This document shows positions 1 to 8,868 of a stretch of DNA of 51,797 bases, piece by piece. Under the pieces are notes generated by a model. That model was given only the letters and a program-made list of their open reading frames with translations. It had not been told where the DNA came from and did no database searches. Within the stretch, counting starts at the first letter, position 1. Every line of letters begins with the position of its first letter. The position numbers and the translations under genes are program-made. Origin of the DNA: Minisyncoccota bacterium (GTDB lineage: Bacteria > Patescibacteriota > JACMRA01); the NCBI GenBank assembly GCA_043778275.1, contig JAYWGL010000009.1:1-51797 (forward strand). The letters are read 5' to 3'.

Positions 1-83
1 ATACTAGACCTAGAAAGAGGTTGGGTTACCTGACACCTACAGAAGTCTTTGAAGATGGGGAAGAGCTAGGTGTTGCACTTTGA
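1..83 (+). CDS. IS30-family transposase, C-terminal end (5' part lies outside the window)
   Basis: Frame 3 reads TRPRKRLGYLTPTEVFEDGEELGVAL*. The RPRK.LGY.TP.EVF tail is typical of IS30-type DDE transposases. The frame is open to the left edge and the TGA stop is at 81-83. Confidence 0.5.
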   Translation, partial: TRPRKRLGYLTPTEVFEDGEELGVAL

Positions 84-105
84 GTTTGAATTCAAGGAAA
101 AAGAC

Positions 106-134
106 TTGACAATAAAAAATCAATTATCTAACAT
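106..134 (+). promoter_or_regulatory. sigma70-like promoter for tRNA-Pro (TTGACA-N17-TAACAT)
   Basis: TTGACA at 106-111 and TAACAT at 129-134 with a 17-nt spacer. The tRNA 5' end lies 11 nt downstream. Confidence 0.4.
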
Positions 135-145
135 GGGGAATGTAA

Positions 146-220
146 CGGGACGTGGTGCATCGGTAGCATGCTACTTTTGGGAAGTAGAGGTACAGGGTTC
201 AATTCCCTGCGTCCCGACCA
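146..220 (+). tRNA. tRNA-Pro (anticodon UGG)
   Basis: 75-nt cloverleaf folded by hand. Acceptor CGGGACG/CGTCCCG, D stem GTGC/GCAT, anticodon stem CTACT/AGTAG with loop TTTGGGA (anticodon TGG, G37). T stem CAGGG/CCCTG with loop TTCAATT, discriminator A, and an encoded CCA. Confidence 0.85.
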
Positions 221-251
221 TTATAAAGATATAATTAAACACAATTTCACT

Positions 252-270
252 GCCTTTCGGGGCTTTTTTT
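252..270 (+). terminator. rho-independent terminator after tRNA-Pro
   Basis: GCCT-TTCG-GGGC hairpin (UUCG tetraloop) followed by T7. Confidence 0.55.
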
Positions 271-273
271 GTT

Positions 274-645
274 ATGGCAATTTTTGGATATGGGCTCAAT
301 GAGGCCTTCGAGGTTCAATCCTCCGCAATTCAGAATGAATACAAGAACTTTTTTATCAAGGATGAAACCGTGGGCAAGGCCTACCGCCTAATAAGAGATC
401 TTCTTATCTTTACCAATAAGCGTCTTTTGGTCGTTGATAAGCAGGGACTGGGTACCAAGGTTGACTATCTCTCGATCCCGTACAAATCCATCGAAATGTA
501 CAGTATGCAGACAGCCGGACTAATGGAAAAAGATAACTCAATTACTCTCTGGCTCAAAGGGCATAGTAAACCGCGAGAATTTCTTTTTAATCGAGGTTCC
601 GATATTAACACCGTATATAATCTGATCAGTAACTGTATTCTGTGA
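274..645 (+). CDS. bacterial PH-domain protein (YvbH/bPH-like)
   Basis: 123-aa ORF. The pattern ...LIFTNKRLLVVDKQG...VDYLSIPYKSI...ITLWLKG... matches the bacterial pleckstrin-homology fold families. Confidence 0.55.
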   Translation: MAIFGYGLNEAFEVQSSAIQNEYKNFFIKDETVGKAYRLIRDLLIFTNKRLLVVDKQGLGTKVDYLSIPYKSIEMYSMQTAGLMEKDNSITLWLKGHSKPREFLFNRGSDINTVYNLISNCIL

Positions 646-698
646 TTTGCCAAGAAGCTCTTTTATGATTAGACTAACTGGTAATAGAGAAATTTTTT

Positions 699-1022
699 AT
701 GGAGGGTTTTAACTTTGGGAATATTATTATTGGCGTTATAGGATGTATATGTGGGACACTGATGATCAAGGAGGCGTTTCATATTAATCACCAGATATAT
801 TTTCTTGATTTTATTGAGCGTAAATATGGGCCAGGTTCGGGGACTACCGCCTATAGACTAATTGGGTTGGCTATATGCGTTCTGAGTATTCTGGCTATGA
901 TCGGGATAATAGATCTAGCGGGAAGTAAAGATAAAGTCCAGACTATCAACTACAATAAGACTAACACTGTTCAACCAATCTACAATGTCCCAACTAATGG
1001 GAATGGCAACATAGCAAGATAA
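699..1022 (+). CDS. small membrane protein, unknown function
   Basis: 107-aa ORF with two hydrophobic helices (IIIGVIGCICGTLMI and LIGLAICVLSILAMIGII). A TTGCCA-N17-TAGACT promoter-like site lies upstream. Confidence 0.45.
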   Translation: MEGFNFGNIIIGVIGCICGTLMIKEAFHINHQIYFLDFIERKYGPGSGTTAYRLIGLAICVLSILAMIGIIDLAGSKDKVQTINYNKTNTVQPIYNVPTNGNGNIAR

Positions 1023-1114
1023 ACTTGCCAAATCAAAAAAAATATGCTAAGCTAAAGCAGAGATTACTATACTTTGTCTAAGTATAAAAGCCTTCAATAA
1101 TCCTATCGGAAATT

Positions 1115-1438
1115 ATGCAAACTAGCCCATCACAAGCCCAAGTTGTTAATACAGCACTGATCGCAAGTACTTTTGGACTAACTAGTCAACTATCCGAGCA
1201 AGATTACGAACAGATAACCACCAATCTCTTAATTATTATTCACAAGATCGCGGGAGTGGAACTCCATCATATCCCCGAAGAGTCTCAGGCTTTTGTCATT
1301 GATGAAGTTCTGAAGCTGGTCAACGATTTTGTCGATGAATTCCGAGCAGGGTTTATCAAGATTAATCCTCAGGCAACCGACTATCAAGTCGCCCTGTCCG
1401 CAGGCAAATCTCTTGGCTTACTTATAGATAGTATCTAA
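1115..1438 (+). CDS. hypothetical protein
   Basis: 107-aa ORF directly upstream of the giant surface protein gene. No recognisable motif. Confidence 0.4.
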   Translation: MQTSPSQAQVVNTALIASTFGLTSQLSEQDYEQITTNLLIIIHKIAGVELHHIPEESQAFVIDEVLKLVNDFVDEFRAGFIKINPQATDYQVALSAGKSLGLLIDSI

Positions 1439-1497
1439 ATCATTTTCTAAATATCCAATTTCAATTTTAACCAAACAATCAAATCAATTATAACTAT

Positions 1498-4400
1498 ATG
1501 TCAGAAAAATTTAAATCAAACCCGTTAAATGAAGCAAGAAATCTTTTAGCAAAAGGTATGGATAAACTTAACTTAGGTTTTATGAATACAACCGTTGACC
1601 TCCGAAGAGTCAGAGAGTCTGTAGAAAACTTAACTCCAAAAGCAAAGAAAGAAGCCCAAATTTTAGCATTCAAATTACGAGACTTACCTCACGATACTAG
1701 TGAATTTATTAAAGCTAAACTAACACTTGAAAATATTTTACAAAAAGGAGTTTTGTCATCATTAGGTCTAGCAGCTGTACTAAATGCGTTACCAGCAAAT
1801 GCGGCAAATATTTCTGCAATGATGGAGAAAAATGGAGTTGTCCCAACAGAACAAGTAAGCGATATTAAAATTGCCGAAGCTCCAGTGCCGATCCCTCCTG
1901 TAAGTATTCCTGAAGGTGGCGTGCCAACTCCGCCCCCAGCACCGAGTGTACCCGAAGGTGTCGATCCAAGAACTGTAGCTCAAGAAACCCCAACTATAAT
2001 CGCACAAGCTGAACCTAAACCTGAAGTTATAGTTGCAACCGAGGCTGATCCAGAACCTCCTCTTACCACAACAAAAGCCCCAGCGGAAGTAACTGTTAAA
2101 ACCGAACCAGCTACACGAGAACCTCAAGATGGATCAGCACTTAATGCTCTGGAACCAATACAAGAAAATGGTAAATACACTGGAATGGGCGGAGATACTA
2201 GCGCTCAAGATATAGTTGTTAAGACTGAAGGAGCCCCTGTTGCTGGATCGATGACCGCTGGTCAATTAAATGTATTGAAAAAGCAAGCTCAAGGAGCTCA
2301 AGTTAACGCTACCCCTAGTATTTTGAAAGTGGCTCCACAAGCACCAACAACTCAGAGAAATAAATCCACGACTCCTGAAAAAGCCTTAACCAGCTCTGAT
2401 ATTAAATTAACTCCTGAAGCAATAGCCGAATATGCCAAAAATGAGATTTACCTAGTTGAATTACCTGGAGGTACGCAGTCAGGCGAAAAAGTAACTCTAA
2501 AAGCTCCTGAATTAAAACTAGGTAGCGAATCCTCTATCCCGAATACAATACCTGTTCAATTTAAGAACCTACCCCAAGGTACAGTTATCGTTCATGCTGA
2601 TAAGCTTACTGGCAACACGATAGTTCGTGCTGTCCGTGATGGAAAAGTATTTCTAGTTGACGCAAATGAAATTAGCAAACTTGAGATTACTAATACAGCA
2701 ACTGGAGCCCTATTCTCGCAAAAAGCACTGAAAGATATGGTGTCACCTCAAGGTCTAAACGCTACAGGACTCTCAAGTGAGTTGAATGATCAAGGTGATA
2801 AAAATGCTCTTTTACTAAAAGTATCTCAAAAAGATTTAATAGCAGGAAAAGACTTCGCCCAAACTCTGGATGACAAAAATATTTTGGGTATTCCAGGTGT
2901 TTCAATCCAAAACCTAATGGACTCAAGTGCAGATCTTATCTCTTTAGCGAACCCAAATAGCAAATATAGTCCAAGAGTATTAACAGCTCTATATGTTTTG
3001 AATCATGCCAAAACTTTATCTCCAGAAGCTAGACTAAGAATACAGCAGAGTTTAGTTAAGGCAACTCAAACAGATTACCGATACGGCGGACTTAGTGATG
3101 TAATTCAATTTAAGGATGGTGTCTATACAATATCAAACTACGATGCAGTTACACAAGTTCTAAGCCAAACTGGGATTGATCAAGTAGTTCAATTTAGGAA
3201 AAATCTTGAAACTCAAGCCAGGGAAGCTAAGTTTAGACAACCAGGTGTTCTAAATTTTACTAATTTTCTACGACCTAGCGCTGCTATCGATGCCAGAAAT
3301 CAAGCTGATAGAAATATTGCGACTCAGATGAATGAAGAGGCAAGACTAAAACTTGCTGGACAAGTACTAATTTTAAATGGATTTACTACTGTACTTGGAG
3401 ATCAAAAAAATACAGCCTATCTTGATATGGATGGTAATTTAGCCTTCACTCAGCACAACAGCGAAAATAAACAAACTGATACCTCTCGAATTAGTTTAAG
3501 TTTTAACGGAGGGTCTCTAATTTCATCAGCTGCTCAATCACTTCTGTCTGGTGGGCTAAGTATCGCACCTGTAACAATTAATCTGACTAATACGCAGACT
3601 GGAACTCAAAGCCTTACTCCAAAAGATCCTACAATGGTAGCCAGAATTGAGGCTCTTAGAAATAACCAAACTAAGAAAACTGAAAGTTCTGGATTCAACA
3701 CAGCCAACTTCACTGATCCAATTGGTAGCCTTATCAATCGCGTACTTAAGAGCGATCCAGCTGCCCAACTAATAGCAAGTCAACTCCTCGGGCAAGCAGG
3801 TCTAATCAACCCTCTAAAAGTACCTTTCTCTATCTCATTCTCAGAATCTACTACTAACGGATCAGCGACCGAAGCTGCAAAGGTAATGACAACAAACCTA
3901 GACCCAAGCAATGTTCTTGATGTTTATGGTATTGCCGTTCTAACTAGTGATAATATTGTCGGTATTTTGTCAAAAAATGGTAGTGTCCAAAACTCTACAG
4001 AAGTTATGGTTATGCAGGCATTAAAAAAGTCTGGTATTACAGTTACTCAAGAAGAAGCTCGTGCCATTGCAGGTCGTATCCCAGCCCTAATTAGAATTAC
4101 TAAAGGTAAAACTTTCGTTGGACCTATCGGAGGATCGCAAGGTCAGAACCTTTCTACTGCACAAACCCAAGCAGTGGTTGAAAAAATGGCTAAAAACGCT
4201 GCCTTAATTGACTTTGCTGGAGTAACTCTATCACAAGAAGAATCAACACAGTTAACAAAAGCACTTGAAAACAATGGTACAGAGGCTATTAAGAATGCTA
4301 ACTTCTTAAACCAATTCGAAGGAACTGGTAAAAGCGTTGGGGATATTACCCGCTCAGCTATCCGAGCAATGACCGATAGCAAGAACTCTCCAGCTGCCAT

Positions 4401-5994
4401 TAATACTCTTAGAGATATCCATAACCGAGGTATTAGCGCTGGTGATGTTGCAAGCTTGCAAGCCCTATTTCCAGGTTGGGAAGTCGGCCAAGTCCAAAAA
4501 AGCGATGTAACTATAGATGCAACTGTCAACGGACGAAAAGTTAAATATATAAAGAACTTAGTTGGTGTCCCAGGAGCTACATTATCTAATGGTTACTTAC
4601 AAGGAAAGAGCGAATGGGTGGAAGTTATTAATCCTAACAGTCAAGGTATCCGATTCGTAAAGGATGGTATTACATTATTCTTTGACCCTGGTTGTGGACA
4701 ATGGAATGAAGCAGCAAGTGGGAGTCTATCAATCAAAAAAGAAAATCAATGTTTCATCGGTAGTATCTGTCTAACGGGATTACCATTACAACCAAAAAAT
4801 AACCCTGGTCTAGCATTAGTCCGACCCAATGGACGTACTTTAGATCAAGTTATGAGGACATCAGAATCTCTCATAAAATCTACAGAGAACTTAAGAATTC
4901 AAGGTGCTACCAAATCTAAGATTGAAAGTATCCTTACAGGTGCAACAGACGGAAGCGAATTATTAGCCTTACATAAAGAGTCTCGAAACCCTGATAATCA
5001 AGGTCTCTTATTCGGAGGTGTTTTAGTGACTGATATCTACAAAAATTTATTCAATGCGACGCCTAGTGAGAGAGCTAACTTCCGTACAGCTTTAAGATTT
5101 ATGCAGATTAATAACCAACTGGTTTCGTATGAGTCTAAGTATAAAGATACTGTTAACTTAGGATTTACTCCTGGATTCGGTAGTTCATCAAGTCAAGTAA
5201 TTGAACGAGGTTCTGTAACATCAAAAACCTTAGCAAACGGTTCAATTGAAACAACAACCAAAAGCGACAAGACTTCAGAATCATCAGGTGTAAGTTATGG
5301 ACTATCATTCTCAATTAGTAATCTAACAGAATCTGAGGCGGTTGCTCAATTAGAATCCCTAACCAAACTTGGCTTCCAATGTCAGAAATTCCAAACAGAG
5401 GAGCTAGGAATTGGAACTAATAAAAAAACTTGGAACTTAGCAATCGGCGGAGCGGTAGCAACAAAAAATGAAAAAGTTAACCAAAAAGTCACTATAACCA
5501 ATACGCCAGCTAGACCAGTCATTACACCAAAAATTGGATTTGACGGAGTAGTAGTGCCTATTGCACCAGTTATTCCAGCTCCAGGCATGGGTGCCCCTTC
5601 TTCGGTTCTTAATCCACTCGGAAATAGTACACCTCCAGTTATAATCCCAGTTCCCGTGACTCCTCCTGGGTTAGGAGTCCCACCTGTTAACCAACCTGTA
5701 GCTACCCCGTCTCAACCTAATAACAACCCTAACCCAAGCGCAACCCCAGTTGCTGCGCCAACTATCCCAACTAACTTTAGCAATCTTGCTCCAACAACAA
5801 GTCCAGCTGTAGAACCAACGAAGCCAGCCCAACCTAGTACACCAACTTTAACCCCCCAACCTCCCAGTTTGAACCCTCCAACTCAACCAGCCATCCCTAC
5901 AACACCAGCCCAACCTCGTCGTGAAATTAATGTTGGAGAAGCCCCTGTCACAGAAACAAGTCCAACTTCGCCAACGGCACCAGGTAGCAACTAA
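1498..5994 (+). CDS. giant surface/extracellular protein with proline-rich regions
   Basis: Uninterrupted 1498-aa ORF. One hydrophobic segment near aa 85-105 is followed by a Pro/Glu/Thr-rich spacer. The C-terminal ~140 aa are Pro/Thr/Asn-rich low complexity. No catalytic motif recognised. Confidence 0.7.
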   Translation: MSEKFKSNPLNEARNLLAKGMDKLNLGFMNTTVDLRRVRESVENLTPKAKKEAQILAFKLRDLPHDTSEFIKAKLTLENILQKGVLSSLGLAAVLNALPANAANISAMMEKNGVVPTEQVSDIKIAEAPVPIPPVSIPEGGVPTPPPAPSVPEGVDPRTVAQETPTIIAQAEPKPEVIVATEADPEPPLTTTKAPAEVTVKTEPATREPQDGSALNALEPIQENGKYTGMGGDTSAQDIVVKTEGAPVAGSMTAGQLNVLKKQAQGAQVNATPSILKVAPQAPTTQRNKSTTPEKALTSSDIKLTPEAIAEYAKNEIYLVELPGGTQSGEKVTLKAPELKLGSESSIPNTIPVQFKNLPQGTVIVHADKLTGNTIVRAVRDGKVFLVDANEISKLEITNTATGALFSQKALKDMVSPQGLNATGLSSELNDQGDKNALLLKVSQKDLIAGKDFAQTLDDKNILGIPGVSIQNLMDSSADLISLANPNSKYSPRVLTALYVLNHAKTLSPEARLRIQQSLVKATQTDYRYGGLSDVIQFKDGVYTISNYDAVTQVLSQTGIDQVVQFRKNLETQAREAKFRQPGVLNFTNFLRPSAAIDARNQADRNIATQMNEEARLKLAGQVLILNGFTTVLGDQKNTAYLDMDGNLAFTQHNSENKQTDTSRISLSFNGGSLISSAAQSLLSGGLSIAPVTINLTNTQTGTQSLTPKDPTMVARIEALRNNQTKKTESSGFNTANFTDPIGSLINRVLKSDPAAQLIASQLLGQAGLINPLKVPFSISFSESTTNGSATEAAKVMTTNLDPSNVLDVYGIAVLTSDNIVGILSKNGSVQNSTEVMVMQALKKSGITVTQEEARAIAGRIPALIRITKGKTFVGPIGGSQGQNLSTAQTQAVVEKMAKNAALIDFAGVTLSQEESTQLTKALENNGTEAIKNANFLNQFEGTGKSVGDITRSAIRAMTDSKNSPAAINTLRDIHNRGISAGDVASLQALFPGWEVGQVQKSDVTIDATVNGRKVKYIKNLVGVPGATLSNGYLQGKSEWVEVINPNSQGIRFVKDGITLFFDPGCGQWNEAASGSLSIKKENQCFIGSICLTGLPLQPKNNPGLALVRPNGRTLDQVMRTSESLIKSTENLRIQGATKSKIESILTGATDGSELLALHKESRNPDNQGLLFGGVLVTDIYKNLFNATPSERANFRTALRFMQINNQLVSYESKYKDTVNLGFTPGFGSSSSQVIERGSVTSKTLANGSIETTTKSDKTSESSGVSYGLSFSISNLTESEAVAQLESLTKLGFQCQKFQTEELGIGTNKKTWNLAIGGAVATKNEKVNQKVTITNTPARPVITPKIGFDGVVVPIAPVIPAPGMGAPSSVLNPLGNSTPPVIIPVPVTPPGLGVPPVNQPVATPSQPNNNPNPSATPVAAPTIPTNFSNLAPTTSPAVEPTKPAQPSTPTLTPQPPSLNPPTQPAIPTTPAQPRREINVGEAPVTETSPTSPTAPGSN

Positions 5995-6020
5995 AAAAAA
6001 CTTACCCATCTAAAAAATCA

Positions 6021-6047
6021 CCCCTATACGCCACTGGGGGCTTTTTG
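6021..6047 (+). terminator. rho-independent terminator after the giant protein gene
   Basis: CCCCTA / TGGGGG stem with an 8-nt loop, followed by CTTTTTGTT. Confidence 0.5.
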
Positions 6048-6066
6048 TTGTCCTGGTTAAACTGGA

Positions 6067-6095
6067 TTGACAGTTGATTAGCTTTGTGGTTTAAT
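6067..6095 (+). promoter_or_regulatory. sigma70-like promoter for trmD (TTGACA-N17-TTTAAT)
   Basis: TTGACA at 6067-6072 and TTTAAT at 6090-6095. Confidence 0.45.
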
Positions 6096-6131
6096 TGATG
6101 CATATACCACCAATCCCTATTTAATTTTTTT

Positions 6132-7109
6132 ATGAAATTCCGATTATTTACCTTGCACCCTGACTTGTTCACCTCTTTTACCTCGGTTAGTCTAATTGCC
6201 CGTGGCATCGCCAAAGATATCCTCACTCTAGATCTAGTCAACTGGCGGGATAAGTTCGGAGTGGGCAAATATAAGCAGGTGGATGATAAGCCTTTTGGTG
6301 GGGGATCTGGGATGGTGCTTATGGGGGAACCTATCTATCAATCCTTACTAGAATACCAAGCTGTCTCCCCACTATATAACCAAATCCAAAAAGCAGACCC
6401 TGAGACAATCCAGCTCCAAGACTTTATCAATCAACTCCCCGAGACTGAAGATGTCCAGAAATTAATGAATTATCACAAGCGAGTGCTCCCCAACAACGCC
6501 AAATTCGAAAAGCTAGTTAAGGATTCTCAACTTACAGATAAACCAATTACCAAAGCCACAATTATGATGACGCCGCGAGGCTATCCAATGACCCAGCAAG
6601 TCTGTGAGTGGTTGGCAACTAACTTCGATGAGCTGAATATCTTGTGTGGTCGCTATGAAGGATTCGATTCTAGGGTTAGTGAGATGGTGGACTTAGAATT
6701 ATCTGTTGGGAACTTCGTGACTAATGGGGGTGAAATCCCAGCTATGGCAATGATCGAGGGTATTGCAAGGCTTGTACCAGGGTTCATTACTAAGACGACA
6801 TCGGTTACGCACGATTCTTTCTCCTCGGGGCTTAATGAATATAACGAACAAGCTGAATATATTATTGGCAAGAATAACCTAGGCAAATCCCCTGCTAACT
6901 CCAGCATCCGTATGCCAAAGCCCGAAAAACCTGTCTTATTCAACGATAATACCTGGGTCTCTAAGTTCTTACCCCAATTAGAACACCCGCAATACACCCG
7001 CCCAACGATTTGGCAAGAAATGAGTATTCCACCAGTCTTGCAATCAGGTAATCACAAAAAAATCCAACAATGGCGAACAAAATGGCATAATCTTAATAAT
7101 AGTTTATAA
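6132..7109 (+). CDS. trmD: tRNA (guanine37-N1)-methyltransferase TrmD, with two large insertions
   Basis: TrmD signature blocks are present: DDKPFGGGSGMVL, CGRYEGFDSRV, GGEIPAMAMIEGIARLVPG, EHPQYTRP, LQSGNHKKIQQWR. The protein is 325 aa against ~250 aa typical. Confidence 0.9.
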   Translation: MKFRLFTLHPDLFTSFTSVSLIARGIAKDILTLDLVNWRDKFGVGKYKQVDDKPFGGGSGMVLMGEPIYQSLLEYQAVSPLYNQIQKADPETIQLQDFINQLPETEDVQKLMNYHKRVLPNNAKFEKLVKDSQLTDKPITKATIMMTPRGYPMTQQVCEWLATNFDELNILCGRYEGFDSRVSEMVDLELSVGNFVTNGGEIPAMAMIEGIARLVPGFITKTTSVTHDSFSSGLNEYNEQAEYIIGKNNLGKSPANSSIRMPKPEKPVLFNDNTWVSKFLPQLEHPQYTRPTIWQEMSIPPVLQSGNHKKIQQWRTKWHNLNNSL

Positions 7110-7170
7110 AAATTAATACCGACTTCTTTTGATTAGAATCAACTTATAGGTAATCACCAGAACTTATTAG

Positions 7171-7199
7171 TTGACAACTCTAAAATTTTATTTTATTAT
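7171..7199 (+). promoter_or_regulatory. sigma70-like promoter for 5S rRNA (TTGACA-N17-TATTAT)
   Basis: TTGACA at 7171-7176 and TATTAT at 7194-7199. The predicted start coincides with the 5S 5' end. Confidence 0.55.
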
Positions 7200-7204
7200 A
7201 TAGA

Positions 7205-7318
7205 TATGGTTATTCAAGGAATGTGGCCCCAACTCTTCCCATCCGAACAGAGTCTTGAAACATATTACCGCTGATGATACTAGAATGCAGATTCTGGGGA
7301 AAGTAAGCAATAGCCGTA
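7205..7318 (+). rRNA. rrf: 5S ribosomal RNA (stand-alone)
   Basis: ~114 nt. Helix I is TATGGTTATT / AATAGCCGTA. The internal string CCCATCCGAACAGAGTCTTGAAAC...CCGCTGATGATAC...GGGGAAAGTAAG aligns with the universal 5S core (CCCATGCCGAAC..GAAAC...GATGGTA...GGGAA). No 16S or 23S is nearby. Confidence 0.8.
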
Positions 7319-7329
7319 CCATTAACAAT

Positions 7330-7350
7330 CACCCTAAAGGTGGTTTTTTT
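7330..7350 (+). terminator. rho-independent terminator after 5S rRNA
   Basis: CACC-CTAAA-GGTG hairpin followed by G + T7. Confidence 0.5.
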
Positions 7351-7416
7351 GTTACCCAAATCAAGACCCTTGTCAAAAAAGTGTTACTATTATAGGCTTT
7401 ACTAATCATCCTCAAT

Positions 7417-8865
7417 ATGTCTTCTTCTAGCGATAATCAATTGACTACTCCATTCTCCGCGATATTGCCCTCGGATATCAATGCCGAAAAAGCCCTACTC
7501 GGTAGTATTCTCATATCTGGAAACCTCGCCCAGAACCTTCTTGATTCTATCGTGGACAAACTGCAGAGTCAGCACTTTTTTGAGCCGATGCATCAAATCA
7601 TCTACCAAATTATGGTAGAACTCTACCAGAGGCAGCAATCAATCGATACTATCCAAATCCTAGACCAAATCAAAAAAGTCAAAGATGACAAAAAACGCGA
7701 CCCAAAAAGCCTGGCAAATCGAGTAACTAAAGAATATCTTGATGAACTCCTCATCTACGCCAGCCTCCTATCTAATCCTGGGGATACCGCCAGACTTATT
7801 AGGCAAAAATATATCTTAAGAGGGATTATCTCAAGCGGTGAGGAACTCAAATTAATGGCGTTTCGCGAGGACAAGGACCCAGAAGCCATCCTTGATATAG
7901 CTCAACAAAGATTATTCCAATTAACAATGGGAAACAGCGAAAAGAACTTTATTAAGATCGGTGATATTGCTCACGAAACTCTAACCAAAATTGACCTAAT
8001 TCATACCGACCCTAGTGAATATAACGGGATTAAGACTAATTTTTATGACTTGGATCATAAGCTTGGCGGCTTACATAACTCTGACTTGATTATCCTTGCC
8101 TGCCGTCCCTCTATGGGAAAAACCGCTATGTCACTTGCTCTCGCCCTCAAGACAGCCAAACAAGGACGAGGGGTAGCTTATTTTAGCTTAGAAATGTCAT
8201 CTGATCAATTATGCGAGCGACTAATTGCGGCTGAGTCCCAAATCGACTTTCGCAAGATACGATCAGGAGAACTTGATACTACTACCCAAGCCCGAGAATA
8301 TGACAAAATGGGTAAGGCTGTTGCCACTATCTCAGAACTGCCAATCTGGGTAGATGACACAGCTACTGCATCGGTTCTTGAAATCCGCTCCAAGGCTAGA
8401 AGGCTTAAGCAACGCCAAGATATTGGATTGATTATTATCGATTATCTTCAATTAATGGGTGGGGGAAATGACAAAGTCTATGCTGGTAATCGAGTCCAAG
8501 AAGTCTCAGATATAAGCCGAAACCTAAAAGTCCTAGCTAAAGATCTCAATGTCCCAATTATCGCCCTTAGCCAACTATCGCGAAAAGTAGAGCAACGCGA
8601 TGACAAAAGACCTATGCTATCCGATCTGCGTGAATCTGGGAGTATTGAACAAGATGCCGACATTGTGCTATTTATACATCGAGAAGATTACTATAATAAG
8701 AATCTAGCCCAAGAGAAGCCCGATCAAGCTGGCAAAGCCGAAATTATTATTGCCAAAAATCGAAACGGGGAAACTGGTTTCGTGGAAGTAGCTTGGATTA
8801 AACACTTAGCAACTTTTGATAATCTAGATGGAGCAAGACTTGGTAAACCAAAAGAAAGATACTAG
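7417..8865 (+). CDS. dnaB: replicative DNA helicase DnaB
   Basis: N-terminal EKALLGSIL block, Walker A CRPSMGKTAMSL, Walker B LIIIDYLQLM, then SQLSRKVEQR and RESGSIEQDADIV. 482 aa with no intein. Confidence 0.9.
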   Translation: MSSSSDNQLTTPFSAILPSDINAEKALLGSILISGNLAQNLLDSIVDKLQSQHFFEPMHQIIYQIMVELYQRQQSIDTIQILDQIKKVKDDKKRDPKSLANRVTKEYLDELLIYASLLSNPGDTARLIRQKYILRGIISSGEELKLMAFREDKDPEAILDIAQQRLFQLTMGNSEKNFIKIGDIAHETLTKIDLIHTDPSEYNGIKTNFYDLDHKLGGLHNSDLIILACRPSMGKTAMSLALALKTAKQGRGVAYFSLEMSSDQLCERLIAAESQIDFRKIRSGELDTTTQAREYDKMGKAVATISELPIWVDDTATASVLEIRSKARRLKQRQDIGLIIIDYLQLMGGGNDKVYAGNRVQEVSDISRNLKVLAKDLNVPIIALSQLSRKVEQRDDKRPMLSDLRESGSIEQDADIVLFIHREDYYNKNLAQEKPDQAGKAEIIIAKNRNGETGFVEVAWIKHLATFDNLDGARLGKPKERY

Positions 8866-8868
8866 CCT

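Noticed and set aside
146-220. tRNA-Pro as the attachment site of the prophage.
   Set aside because: It lies 30 kb from the prophage edge with many housekeeping genes in between (trmD, 5S, dnaB, dnaA, clpC). Any link is only to the adjacent IS30 fragment.
5560-5994. Pro/Thr/Asn-rich 3' end of the giant gene as a DNA tandem-repeat array.
   Set aside because: The bias is at the amino-acid level. I could not find a repeating nucleotide unit, so this is low complexity rather than a true tandem repeat.
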